Shown: piece by piece, positions 1-8,506 of the stretch
How the letters are laid out: each line of letters starts with the position of its first letter
How positions within the stretch are numbered: the stretch's first letter is position 1
IMG/VR virus record: IMGVR_UViG_3300042691_027194
Length of the DNA stretch: 20,000 bases
From: an uncultured virus (IMG/VR IMGVR_UViG_3300042691_027194)
Taxonomy: Duplodnaviria > Heunggongvirae > Uroviricota > Caudoviricetes
Direction: 5' to 3' (one strand)
The notes under the pieces: generated by a model
Databases searched by the model: none
What the model was told of the DNA's origin: nothing
What the model saw: the letters and a program-made list of their open reading frames with translations, nothing else
Program-made: the position numbers and the translations under genes

Positions 1-1623
1 GCAAAAACCTTTGGACAATACTCACACGCCGAAGGACGTGAAACTCAAGCAAAGGGTGATGGATCACATGCGGAAGGCTACTTAACGATATCTAGCGGAA
101 GTTTTTCACATGCTGAAGGACGAACTACTACAGCCAACGGAATCTATTCTCACGCTGAAGGCGTGGATACAACAGCAGCTGGATATGCATCACACGCTGA
201 AGGCGAGGGCACAACATCCAACGGCCAGGCCTCTCACGCTGAAGGATTTTATGCAACGGCGAGCGGATCCAATTCACATGCTGAAGGTAATACTACAACG
301 GCAACCGGACAATTCTCTCATGCAGAGGGATATTACACAACAGCTAATGGATATGCATCACACGTAGAAGGCACTAATACAACATCCAACGGCCAGGCCT
401 CTCACGCTGAAGGTAATAGTACAGCAGCAGGTAGTCAGTATGGTTATCTAGCAACTATGCCAACATCTGGAGTGATTGTGGTAAATGCATCATACGGAGA
501 CTTAACGGGAACGGGTACCGGTCTTTTTACAGCAGGTACCACGTTAGGTATAGATGATTCTGCTTATGATAATTCTTTTACATTTACTAGTCAAATAATA
601 CTATCAAGTTCTTTCAATGGAACAAATACCACAATCAACTTAGTCGAGACCGGTACATCAACCACTTCTGCATCTATTGGAAGTATATCTAATTTTGGTT
701 CTAATACGGGAGACCAGTACTGGGGCGGCTGGTCAGCTCATGCCGAAGGAAATGGCACCTTCGCAATAGGATTCAGCGCTCATGCAGAAGGCAGTGGCTA
801 TGCATATGGTAACTACTCTCACGCAGAAGGTGGTGGCTATGCATATGGTAACTACTCCCACGCAGAAGGCGACGGACAGGCGTTTGGTGGTACTTCTCAC
901 GCAGAAGGTGGTGGCTATGCATATGGTAACTACTCCCACGCAGAAGGCTCAGGAATAGCTGGTGTGTTAGGATTTGCCATGGCAATCCCAATCACATCCG
1001 GTGTTATTGAACTAGATGCAATATATGGAGACCAAACTGCACAATTTGTTGCTGGCGGGTTTGTAATAGTTGATGACTACAACGGAGAAATTGTACCTGG
1101 GGTTAAAACAACATATATCTATGAAATTTCATCATCGGCATTCAATGGTACGCCTGCTACAGAAATAACATTAGTTGACACTAGCGTTAATACTGCTAGC
1201 AACAAAGCTCGTATTGGAATTTACGGAGTAGTAGCACCAACAGCAGCTAACGTGTCAATTGGGGGTTATTCTCACGCAGAAGGTTTAGAAACGCAAGCAC
1301 TTGGCGAATTTTCGCATGCGGCTGGTAATAACAATCGTGCATTAGGATACTATCAATCCGTAGTTGGCCAATGGAATCAACCTATATCTCAACCTAGTGC
1401 ATTCATTGTAGGAGATGGTGTTGATGATTCAACACGTCATAATCTACTAGTAGCAGCATCAGGAAGTGTTACAATTTCTGGCTCACTTATTTTGACCCCT
1501 ACTGCGTCAGGCGCACCTACAAGTCCTGGTACAGATGGACAAATCATATTTGGGCAAGCCGGCGGAAATTATAAAATATATGTTTGGTTAGGTGGAGCCT
1601 GGAGATCTGGATCATTGTCTTAA
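1..1623 (+). CDS. Phage fibre/adhesin-like protein with SHAEG (YadA-head/Hep_Hag-like beta-roll) repeats; 5' end lies outside the window
   Basis: The frame is open from base 1 (AKTFGQYSHAEGRETQAKGDGSHAEG...), so the track start at 163 is internal. There are 18 (S/A)H(A/V)(E/A)G repeats with 14- or 13-aa period, then a YQSVVGQWN...AFIVGDG neck-like segment and a C-terminal YKIYVWLGGAWRS. It lies just upstream of the tail module. Confidence 0.75.
   Translation, partial: AKTFGQYSHAEGRETQAKGDGSHAEGYLTISSGSFSHAEGRTTTANGIYSHAEGVDTTAAGYASHAEGEGTTSNGQASHAEGFYATASGSNSHAEGNTTTATGQFSHAEGYYTTANGYASHVEGTNTTSNGQASHAEGNSTAAGSQYGYLATMPTSGVIVVNASYGDLTGTGTGLFTAGTTLGIDDSAYDNSFTFTSQIILSSSFNGTNTTINLVETGTSTTSASIGSISNFGSNTGDQYWGGWSAHAEGNGTFAIGFSAHAEGSGYAYGNYSHAEGGGYAYGNYSHAEGDGQAFGGTSHAEGGGYAYGNYSHAEGSGIAGVLGFAMAIPITSGVIELDAIYGDQTAQFVAGGFVIVDDYNGEIVPGVKTTYIYEISSSAFNGTPATEITLVDTSVNTASNKARIGIYGVVAPTAANVSIGGYSHAEGLETQALGEFSHAAGNNNRALGYYQSVVGQWNQPISQPSAFIVGDGVDDSTRHNLLVAASGSVTISGSLILTPTASGAPTSPGTDGQIIFGQAGGNYKIYVWLGGAWRSGSLS
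22..414 (+). repeat. Ten tandem 42-nt (14-aa) SHAEG coding repeats
   Basis: SH(A/V)EG starts at 22, 64, 106, 148, 190, 232, 274, 316, 358 and 400. 211-245 and 379-413 are identical over 35 nt; 180-196 and 348-364 are identical over 17 nt (offset 168 = 4 units). Confidence 0.9.
736..948 (+). repeat. Second SHAEG repeat block, mainly 39-nt (13-aa) period
   Basis: Repeats start at 736, 778, 817, 856, 895 and 934. 817-870 and 895-948 are a perfect 54-nt direct repeat. Confidence 0.9.
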
Positions 1624-1624
1624 C

Positions 1625-1632
1625 ATATTTAT
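1625..1632 (+). promoter_or_regulatory. Putative late promoter motif ATATTTAT
   Basis: Intergenic, 28 nt before ATG 1661; the same motif recurs upstream of six other genes. Confidence 0.6.
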
Positions 1633-1660
1633 TAGAAACAATTATTGTAGAAATAAAATC

Positions 1661-1975
1661 ATGGCTTTAATCATTACACCAACCACCGAAAAAAAGATTC
1701 ATGTGCAAGGTACACAAATCGAACTCGAAAGCGTATACAACCGTTTAGAAATTGGATGCAGACCAAATGGTACAACAATTGAAATTGCATTCTACACTTA
1801 CGCTGATCACGCCAGCTTCATAGCAGGAAACTCTGTACCAACTGATTTACCTACCGAAAATCTTAACGGTGACATTGATCCACAAACTCAGTCTCAAGGT
1901 TTAACAGCAGCCCACGAACTAGCAAAAACTTGGTATGAGTCATTAGGATACAACGTAACTATTGATTTGGTTTGA
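1661..1975 (+). CDS. Hypothetical protein (104 aa), possibly fibre-associated
   Basis: ATG 1661 (MALIITPTTEKK...) follows the ATATTTAT motif. The track start at 1592 overlaps the previous gene and is unlikely. Confidence 0.7.
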   Translation: MALIITPTTEKKIHVQGTQIELESVYNRLEIGCRPNGTTIEIAFYTYADHASFIAGNSVPTDLPTENLNGDIDPQTQSQGLTAAHELAKTWYESLGYNVTIDLV

Positions 1976-2001
1976 TTTTAACATAATTCTTCTTATTATA
2001 T
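1971..2001 (+). promoter_or_regulatory. Putative early/host-type promoter TTTG-N19-TATTATAT
   Basis: TTTG 1971-1974 and TATTATAT 1994-2001 have the same 19-nt spacing as the elements at 13181 and 17978. Confidence 0.4.
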
Positions 2002-2017
2002 CTAGAAAAGGTTACCA

Positions 2018-2287
2018 ATGACAAAAAAATTAGACAAAGAACATCTAGACGCAATACAGGATCTACAAAATCGTTTTGCGCAGAATGCATCATGGCTTGG
2101 TAGTGTTGCAATCGATTTAAAAATGATTGAACGCCAACAAGCCCAATTAGAATCACAACAAGAAGAATTAATGCAACAATTTGATTCGCTTCGAGAAGAT
2201 GAACAGCAACTTATTGCAACGCTTAAAGAACGTTACGGCGATGGAGAAATCAATATCGCTCAAGGTACATTTACTCCAACCGAGTAA
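2018..2287 (+). CDS. Small coiled-coil hypothetical protein (89 aa)
   Basis: ORF with a Q/E/L-rich heptad pattern and C-terminal LKERYGDGEINIAQGTFTP; AAAGG lies upstream of the ATG. Confidence 0.75.
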   Translation: MTKKLDKEHLDAIQDLQNRFAQNASWLGSVAIDLKMIERQQAQLESQQEELMQQFDSLREDEQQLIATLKERYGDGEINIAQGTFTPTE

Positions 2288-2307
2288 TGGTCAGCACAGA
2301 GCTTACC

Positions 2308-2316
2308 ATATTTATA
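2308..2316 (+). promoter_or_regulatory. Putative late promoter ATATTTATA (tail sheath)
   Basis: Intergenic, upstream of SD-like AAGGAG (2329-2334) and ATG 2342. Confidence 0.65.
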
Positions 2317-2341
2317 TTAAACAAATCAAAGGAGTAATTTA

Positions 2342-4804
2342 ATGGCAGAAAGAATTGTATCAGCTGGGGTATTTACGAATGAAGTAGATCAGTCGTTTTT
2401 ACCTAGAGCAATCGGTCAAATCGGTGCTGCAATTGTTGGACCAACAGTAAAAGGTCCTGCATTAGTACCGACACAAATTTCATCTTTCTCAGAATTTCAA
2501 CAATTGTTCGGATCATATACAGATGATTCATATGTACCTTTCACAGTTGAAGAATATCTAAGAAACGGAAATTCAATGACTGTAACTCGTCTTTTATATG
2601 AAGATGGTTACGGATTAAGAAACGGTGCATTAGCCGTTATCGCAAAATCAGCATCAGTGCAAGTAGTAACACACTTGTTGCACCCAACCCAACCAGTAAC
2701 ATATGTTGATTCCACAACAAATGTATTTGCTGATTCCGTTATTAACAGCGGCCCATCAGGTAGTTTTGTTATTAATGTGTCTGGATCATATGGTATTACA
2801 TTGGTACCAGGATTTAGTTCATTCTTAACTGCAACCGGATCAGCAATTTCAGCATCGATTGATTCAAGCAAAAATAACTATGTAACCAAGATATTTGGTA
2901 ATTCTCCAAAATCTTTGGATTATCCGGTTTATGTGCAATATGAAAATCAAAATGCAACAAGCTTGTTTAATAATCTAGGTGCAGTTACTGTTGAATTAGG
3001 TTTAATAAATAATTACTATTTCTTGAATGATTATTCAACAGCAGGAACACCGTGGATTACATCGCAAAAAATTGGTAGCACTGTTAAGAACTTGTTCAAG
3101 TTCCATACATTGAGTCATGGTACAGCAGTTAACTATGAAGTTAAAGTCGGTATTCGCGACATTAAAACTGCAGCAGAAGTATCAGATCCAAACGGATATG
3201 GTTCATTCACAGTAGAAGTTCGTCGTGTTAATACATCAAACATTCCAACATCTCCATATGCATCTACTGATACTGATCAGACACCGGATATCGTTGAAAC
3301 ATATTTAAATTGTAATCTAGATCCAGATTCCCAAAACTATATTGCAAGAAAAATTGGTAATCGTTATCAAACAGTAACTGATGCTGGTAATATTCTTGTT
3401 AATGGTGATTATCCAAATCTTTCAAGCTATATTCGTATCGAAGTGACAGATGGTGTTGCAAATAAAACCAATGAACGAACTTTGATTCCATTTGGATTCC
3501 GTGCACCTAATGCACCTATGCCATTAGTATCTGGTTCATTGAATTTATCGGCTGTGTCTTATAACACATCACAAGTAGTATCAAGTAACTTTAGTTCAAA
3601 CAACTATTTAGGATTTGATTTTACTGCAACAAACAACTTGAACTATTTAGCACCATTACCATCATCGGGTTCAAACACAGGTAGCAACGCAGATTTCTAT
3701 CTAGGTAATGTCACACAAGATGCACAAGCAGCATTCCCGTCATTATCTGCTCCATATACTGGATCTTTAGAAACTGCATTGACAACTGGTACAACTTACT
3801 TCACATCGAATGTAGCTAGCACAACCAGAAAGTTCATGGTACCATTCCAAGGTGGATTTGATGGAGCTCGTCCAAACTTACCTAAATATTCTGGAGGTAA
3901 TATTGCGTCTACAAACACATTTGGGTTTGATTGTAGCACATCTACATCCACAGGAACAAAAGCATATAACAAAGCATTCACATTGTTATCAAACACAGAT
4001 TACTATGACATAAACATGTTATTGACTCCAGGTATCTTGCAAAGCAAACATAGCGCTGTAACAACATTGGCAAGAAACTTGGTAACATCTCGTCAAGATA
4101 CATTCTATGTGATGGATTCAAATGCATTGTCGGATAGTATTTCCACAGTTGTTAGTGATGTTACTACACTTGATAACAATTACACAGCAACATATTGGCC
4201 ATGGGTTCGTATTGTGAATCCAGCAAAAAATGTTCCATTATGGGTTCCACCAAGTGTTGTAGTGCCAGGAGCATTGTCATTCAATGATACAGTGGCGGCA
4301 CCATGGTATGCACCTGCAGGATTGAATCGAGGCGGATTAACATCAGTTTCTGATACATATCAAACTCTTTCACAAGCAGATCGTAATACATTGTATGATG
4401 CTCGTATTAACCCTATTGCCAACTTCCCTAACGATGGAATAGTAATTTGGGGGCAAAAGACATTGCAGGCTCGACCAAGTGCATTAGACCGCGTCAATGT
4501 GCGTCGTTTACTTATCACGGTTAAGAAGTTTATTGCTTCTGCAACACGTTACCTAGTATTCGAGCAAAACACGTCTCAGACGCGTGACAGATTCTTATCA
4601 ATTGTTAATCCATACCTAGAGCAAGTGCGCGCACAGCAAGGTTTATCTGCATTCCGTGTAGTAATGGATTCAACAAATAACACTCCAGATTTGATTGACC
4701 GAAACATCCTTTACGGACAAATTTTCCTTCAGCCAACTCGCACAGCAGAATTTATTATTCTTGATTTCAATATTCAACCAACGGGAGCAGCATTCCCTGA
4801 ATAG
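2342..4804 (+). CDS. Contractile tail sheath protein (T4 gp18-like), 820 aa
   Basis: N-terminal S(A/P)GVFTNEVD...AAIVGPTVKGP and C-terminal WYAPAGLNRG, INPIANFPNDGIVIWGQKTL, ALDRVNVRRLL and IFLQPTRTAEFIILDF are typical sheath motifs. Confidence 0.95.
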   Translation: MAERIVSAGVFTNEVDQSFLPRAIGQIGAAIVGPTVKGPALVPTQISSFSEFQQLFGSYTDDSYVPFTVEEYLRNGNSMTVTRLLYEDGYGLRNGALAVIAKSASVQVVTHLLHPTQPVTYVDSTTNVFADSVINSGPSGSFVINVSGSYGITLVPGFSSFLTATGSAISASIDSSKNNYVTKIFGNSPKSLDYPVYVQYENQNATSLFNNLGAVTVELGLINNYYFLNDYSTAGTPWITSQKIGSTVKNLFKFHTLSHGTAVNYEVKVGIRDIKTAAEVSDPNGYGSFTVEVRRVNTSNIPTSPYASTDTDQTPDIVETYLNCNLDPDSQNYIARKIGNRYQTVTDAGNILVNGDYPNLSSYIRIEVTDGVANKTNERTLIPFGFRAPNAPMPLVSGSLNLSAVSYNTSQVVSSNFSSNNYLGFDFTATNNLNYLAPLPSSGSNTGSNADFYLGNVTQDAQAAFPSLSAPYTGSLETALTTGTTYFTSNVASTTRKFMVPFQGGFDGARPNLPKYSGGNIASTNTFGFDCSTSTSTGTKAYNKAFTLLSNTDYYDINMLLTPGILQSKHSAVTTLARNLVTSRQDTFYVMDSNALSDSISTVVSDVTTLDNNYTATYWPWVRIVNPAKNVPLWVPPSVVVPGALSFNDTVAAPWYAPAGLNRGGLTSVSDTYQTLSQADRNTLYDARINPIANFPNDGIVIWGQKTLQARPSALDRVNVRRLLITVKKFIASATRYLVFEQNTSQTRDRFLSIVNPYLEQVRAQQGLSAFRVVMDSTNNTPDLIDRNILYGQIFLQPTRTAEFIILDFNIQPTGAAFPE

Positions 4805-4826
4805 TAATTCAAAATAAAATTCTAGG

Positions 4827-4860
4827 AAAGGCAGGACTTCGGTTCTGCCTTTTTTACTTT
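4827..4860 (+). terminator. Rho-independent terminator with C(UUCG)G tetraloop
   Basis: AAAGGCAGGAC-TTCG-GTTCTGCCTTT stem-loop followed by a T-tract, directly after the sheath stop. Confidence 0.9.
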
Positions 4861-4864
4861 GTTG

Positions 4865-4873
4865 ATATTTATA
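4865..4873 (+). promoter_or_regulatory. Putative late promoter ATATTTATA (tail tube)
   Basis: Immediately after the terminator and upstream of AAGGA and ATG 4895. Confidence 0.65.
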
Positions 4874-4894
4874 TAAAAATAACAAGGATAAAAA

Positions 4895-5425
4895 ATGGCA
4901 CTACAAGATCAAGTGAATAATAATCTAACGGATTATGCTGGCGACCAACCGGATAATTTTTATTACAATGCATATTCTTGGGAACCAAAAAAAGCGCATC
5001 AATTTATTATGTCAGTAGATGGCATACCTGCATATTTAATTAAAGCATCATCAAAACCATCTGTAGCAAACGGTGAAATCACATTGGATCATATCAATGT
5101 TCAGCGTTACGTTAAAGGTAAAACGGTTTGGAACACAATTTCAGTGACATTGTATGATGCAATTGTTCCGTCGGGAGCACAAGCAGTAATGGAATGGGTA
5201 CGCTTACACCACGAATCTGCAACAGGACGCGACGGATATTCATCATACTACAAAAAAGAAGTTCGATTAAAATCATTGTCGCCATTAGGTGAAGTGATTG
5301 AAGAATGGACATTGAATGGTACATACATCGTTGATGCAAACTTTGGTTCATTGGATTGGTCAACAGAAGATGTAGTTAACATTGAATTGACTCTTCGCTA
5401 CGATTGGGCAAGATTAGAATTCTAA
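4895..5425 (+). CDS. Tail tube protein (T4 gp19-like), 176 aa
   Basis: Follows the sheath; carries EPKKAHQF..., YVKGKTVWNTISVTLYD, VMEWV, EEWTLNG, FGSLDWS and IELTLRYDW, the gp19-family pattern. Confidence 0.92.
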   Translation: MALQDQVNNNLTDYAGDQPDNFYYNAYSWEPKKAHQFIMSVDGIPAYLIKASSKPSVANGEITLDHINVQRYVKGKTVWNTISVTLYDAIVPSGAQAVMEWVRLHHESATGRDGYSSYYKKEVRLKSLSPLGEVIEEWTLNGTYIVDANFGSLDWSTEDVVNIELTLRYDWARLEF

Positions 5426-5442
5426 TAAACACACTAGTATCT

Positions 5443-5470
5443 AGAATGGGAGTTTCGGCTCCCATTTTCT
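5443..5470 (+). terminator. Rho-independent terminator with UUCG loop
   Basis: AATGGGAGT-TTCG-GCTCCCATT stem-loop followed by TTCT, after the tube stop. Confidence 0.8.
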
Positions 5471-5480
5471 GTGTTCTTAC

Positions 5481-5489
5481 ATATTTATA
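5481..5489 (+). promoter_or_regulatory. Putative late promoter ATATTTATA (chaperone gene)
   Basis: After the terminator and upstream of AAAGGA and ATG 5512. Confidence 0.65.
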
Positions 5490-5511
5490 TTAAAGGTTAT
5501 AAAGGATCATT

Positions 5512-6288
5512 ATGTCACAACTTACAAATCGAATTGACAAACAAAACATCATCAATATTGCTAAACAGCAATTTGAATCTGAACAAAGAAAATCTATTCC
5601 AACTGAGTTGGTAAGATTACCATCACAAGGAAAATTGTATGCTACTAGTAGCCCTCTTCGAAGCGGGGTGTTAGAAATGCGTTACATGACTGCATATGAT
5701 GAAGATATTCTAACTAATATGTCTTATGCCCGAGAAGGTGTAATATTGGATCGTTTATTAGAAAGTATTATTGTAACACCAGATGTCAACATTGATGAAA
5801 TTGCACAATGCGATCGCGATGCACTTATCATACAATCCAGAATAATGTCATATGGTCCAGAATATCCTGTAATCATAACTGACCCTACAAGTAAAACACA
5901 ATTAGAACGTACGGTTGATTTGCGTAAATTAAAACATAAACCATTTGATTTAGAGTCAGATGAAAACGGGGAGTTTACATACATTGTTAATGATTCGGTT
6001 ACACTTAAATTTAAGTTTTTATCGAATGCACAAATAAAAAGTATATCACCAGAACACACAATTTCTGATATATTAACAATGATGATACAACAAGTTAATG
6101 ATACCAGAAAATCAGCAGATATTACACAGTATATTAAATATTCATTCTTAGCAGTAGATTCACGCAAATTTCGAGGCTTTGTTGAAGAAAATACTCCAGC
6201 TGTAGATTTACTTGTAGAATTCGAAGGTGAAAAAGGGAGCACCTTCAGTTCAGTGTTTCAAATTGGATCAGACCTTCTTTGGGTTTAA
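5512..6288 (+). CDS. T4 gp26-like baseplate hub / tail assembly chaperone, 258 aa
   Basis: Motifs VRLPSQGKLY, LEMRYMTAYDEDIL, DRDALIIQSRIMSYG and DSRKFRGFV resemble gp26-family proteins; located between tube and tape measure. Confidence 0.7.
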   Translation: MSQLTNRIDKQNIINIAKQQFESEQRKSIPTELVRLPSQGKLYATSSPLRSGVLEMRYMTAYDEDILTNMSYAREGVILDRLLESIIVTPDVNIDEIAQCDRDALIIQSRIMSYGPEYPVIITDPTSKTQLERTVDLRKLKHKPFDLESDENGEFTYIVNDSVTLKFKFLSNAQIKSISPEHTISDILTMMIQQVNDTRKSADITQYIKYSFLAVDSRKFRGFVEENTPAVDLLVEFEGEKGSTFSSVFQIGSDLLWV

Positions 6289-6502
6289 GCCCCAAGACCG
6301 TGTAGCATTACACTCAACGTTATTTGATTTAGTGTGGCAAGGTGAAGGTCGTTGGAGCTGGGAAACTGTTTATAATTTGCCGGTTAACACCCGAAAGTTT
6401 TGGATAAACAAAATTAATGATAAATTAACGCCAACAGAACCAACAACCAACGTTACTAAAGATCTACCACAAATGCCAACAGTATCGAAATCTAAAAAAT
6501 AG
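6227..6502 (+). CDS. Small tail assembly protein (gp51-like / 'T'-type), probably expressed by frameshift from the upstream gene
   Basis: +1 frame relative to 5512..6288 and overlaps its end. Only a GTG inside the upstream gene is available as a start. WSWETVYNLPVNTRKFW resembles (from recall) gp51/GT-type helix motifs. Confidence 0.55.
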   Translation: MKKGAPSVQCFKLDQTFFGFKPQDRVALHSTLFDLVWQGEGRWSWETVYNLPVNTRKFWINKINDKLTPTEPTTNVTKDLPQMPTVSKSKK

Positions 6503-6510
6503 ATATTTAT
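6503..6510 (+). promoter_or_regulatory. Putative late promoter ATATTTAT (tape measure operon)
   Basis: Directly after the TAG at 6500-6502 and 7 nt before ATG 6518. Confidence 0.55.
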
Positions 6511-6517
6511 TATTAAG

Positions 6518-8506
6518 ATGATAGATAACACTAAACATATTATAGCTCGATTAAAACTTCAGCCCCGCTATGGAGCAACCCCAAAGAAAGTTTCTGATAT
6601 TCCAGCTGATGCTGCAGATGCTCTAGGAGAATTTGATACTGCATTTACTCGGATGACAACATCGGGTTTAAGTTTAACAAGTGTATTAAGCGATGTATAT
6701 GATTCATTAAATAATTTACAAACAGGTACTGTTGCAGCTGTTACCGGAGTACAAAAATTAATAGGTGTATATCAGCAATTTTCTAAAATTATAACAGATC
6801 AAACTGATCAGGTAACAAAATTATTTCAGAGAAACAATGAATTAGGAAAATCATTTGGATTATCCACAAAAGCCGCTCAAAGATATGGATTTCAACTAGA
6901 TCAAATTGCCGGAAGTTTAGAGTACGGTCGTGCCAATACAGAACAGTATATTAAAAGCCTTAAAGGATTACTTGGAGTACAGGCACTAAATATTAAAAAT
7001 GACGGAAAATTTGGTACTAGTTTACTAAAAACCCAACGATACCTGACTGATATTATTGGTATATCTGAAGAAGCCGCTGAAGAAATGCGTTATTATAATG
7101 CACAAGCAGCCGGCGGAACAGACAATAAGGGCAAGGGCATCGAAACTAGATTAAACCAAGAACGCGAATCTGCAAAATTAATTGGTACGCAATTAGGTTT
7201 AACCATGGACATGAATGAGCAAACAACTCTTCAAAGAGAAATCATGGAAGAAATTGGAGGGTTGGGTGCAGAAGTACAAATGCAATACGGTCGATATCCT
7301 GCAACCTTAGGTCTCGCAGTAATGAAAGCTAAACAGTTAGGTGTCTCAATGGCCCAACTAAATAAAACAGGTGAAACATTATTAAGCATTGAATCAAGTG
7401 TAGGGGATGAATTAGAATATCAATTATTATCCGGTAAACGTTTAGTGGATGAAGTATCTGGTAAAAGTTTAACCAACATGTATCGAGAAGCTGCATTACA
7501 AGGAGATGCAAATAAGCAAGCTGATGTAATGAACACTATTTTAGATACCCAGGGTGATACTATTAAAGATAACATGTTAGCTCGTAAACAACTTGCTAAA
7601 ACATTGGGGCTTGAAGAAGAGACATTGGCACGTATGCTTCAGAAGAGAAAATTGCTGTCAGATATTGGAGCAAAATCACTGTTTGGCAAAACCGGAGCAG
7701 ACTTAAAAACAGAATTAGAAAAATTACAAAAACAAGGCGAAGTTTCTACAACCCAAATCGATGAAATCATGAAAGCTGATGACACACGGGATGTACAAAC
7801 AAGAATGGCAGAAGCATTAGAGTCAATTCAAACTCGAGGTATTGTAGCACAGTTCCCAGATTCAAAAGGATTTACCGATGCATTTCAAGGAGTCTCTGAT
7901 AGTTTAGAGAACACATTGAACACATTTAAAACGGCAATGCTTAAAGGCCCAGACGCAGCCGGTGTTGGAGGTGGCTATTTTAAAGTTGTTGAAACCATGA
8001 AAGAAGCTGTTGGAACAATGTCGACATTCAGAACAACCGTTAACGGATTAGGTAGCGTAATCACTACAATGACTGAACAAATTCCAATCTGGGGTAACAA
8101 ATTAGCCGGTTTAGGTACTACCATAACAGACGCATTAGCAACAGGCCTGGGTACTAATTTAACAGACATGACTATTGAATCAGCTGAAACTGTAACTGTC
8201 CCAGCAGCCGGTGGAACGGGTGCAAATGACGCAATCATAATGAATGATGGTCTTATAAGATTTAACCCACGTGATAAATTTACACAGGTAAATGACGGTA
8301 CCATGATTGCCGGCACTAATGTGGATGGTAACCGTCGTTTAGCACGGCAATTATCCGGTGGAGGTGGAATTAGTGATAATCAAATTAGTCGATTAGCTGC
8401 AGCGATCGCATCCACACTTAAAGAAACATTACCAACCATTAAAATGTCAGTTATGTCCGATCCATTATACGCAGCAAACAAATTAAATCGAGGGAGATAT
8501 AGCTAA
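6518..8506 (+). CDS. Putative tape measure protein, 662 aa
   Basis: Long A/G/L/Q/K-rich helical protein right after the chaperone pair; includes LLSIESSVGDELEYQLLSGK and RKQLAKTLGLEEETLARM segments. Confidence 0.75.
   Translation: MIDNTKHIIARLKLQPRYGATPKKVSDIPADAADALGEFDTAFTRMTTSGLSLTSVLSDVYDSLNNLQTGTVAAVTGVQKLIGVYQQFSKIITDQTDQVTKLFQRNNELGKSFGLSTKAAQRYGFQLDQIAGSLEYGRANTEQYIKSLKGLLGVQALNIKNDGKFGTSLLKTQRYLTDIIGISEEAAEEMRYYNAQAAGGTDNKGKGIETRLNQERESAKLIGTQLGLTMDMNEQTTLQREIMEEIGGLGAEVQMQYGRYPATLGLAVMKAKQLGVSMAQLNKTGETLLSIESSVGDELEYQLLSGKRLVDEVSGKSLTNMYREAALQGDANKQADVMNTILDTQGDTIKDNMLARKQLAKTLGLEEETLARMLQKRKLLSDIGAKSLFGKTGADLKTELEKLQKQGEVSTTQIDEIMKADDTRDVQTRMAEALESIQTRGIVAQFPDSKGFTDAFQGVSDSLENTLNTFKTAMLKGPDAAGVGGGYFKVVETMKEAVGTMSTFRTTVNGLGSVITTMTEQIPIWGNKLAGLGTTITDALATGLGTNLTDMTIESAETVTVPAAGGTGANDAIIMNDGLIRFNPRDKFTQVNDGTMIAGTNVDGNRRLARQLSGGGGISDNQISRLAAAIASTLKETLPTIKMSVMSDPLYAANKLNRGRYS

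Noticed and set aside
22..948. CRISPR array or DGR template/variable repeat pair
   Set aside because: The repeats are in-frame coding units that are multiples of 3 with synonymous variation. There are no unique spacers between constant repeats, no adenine-specific mismatches, and no cas or reverse transcriptase gene in the window.
1592..1660. Longer N-terminus for the 1661..1975 ORF
   Set aside because: It would overlap the fibre gene end and span the ATATTTAT motif; ATG 1661 fits the promoter spacing seen elsewhere.
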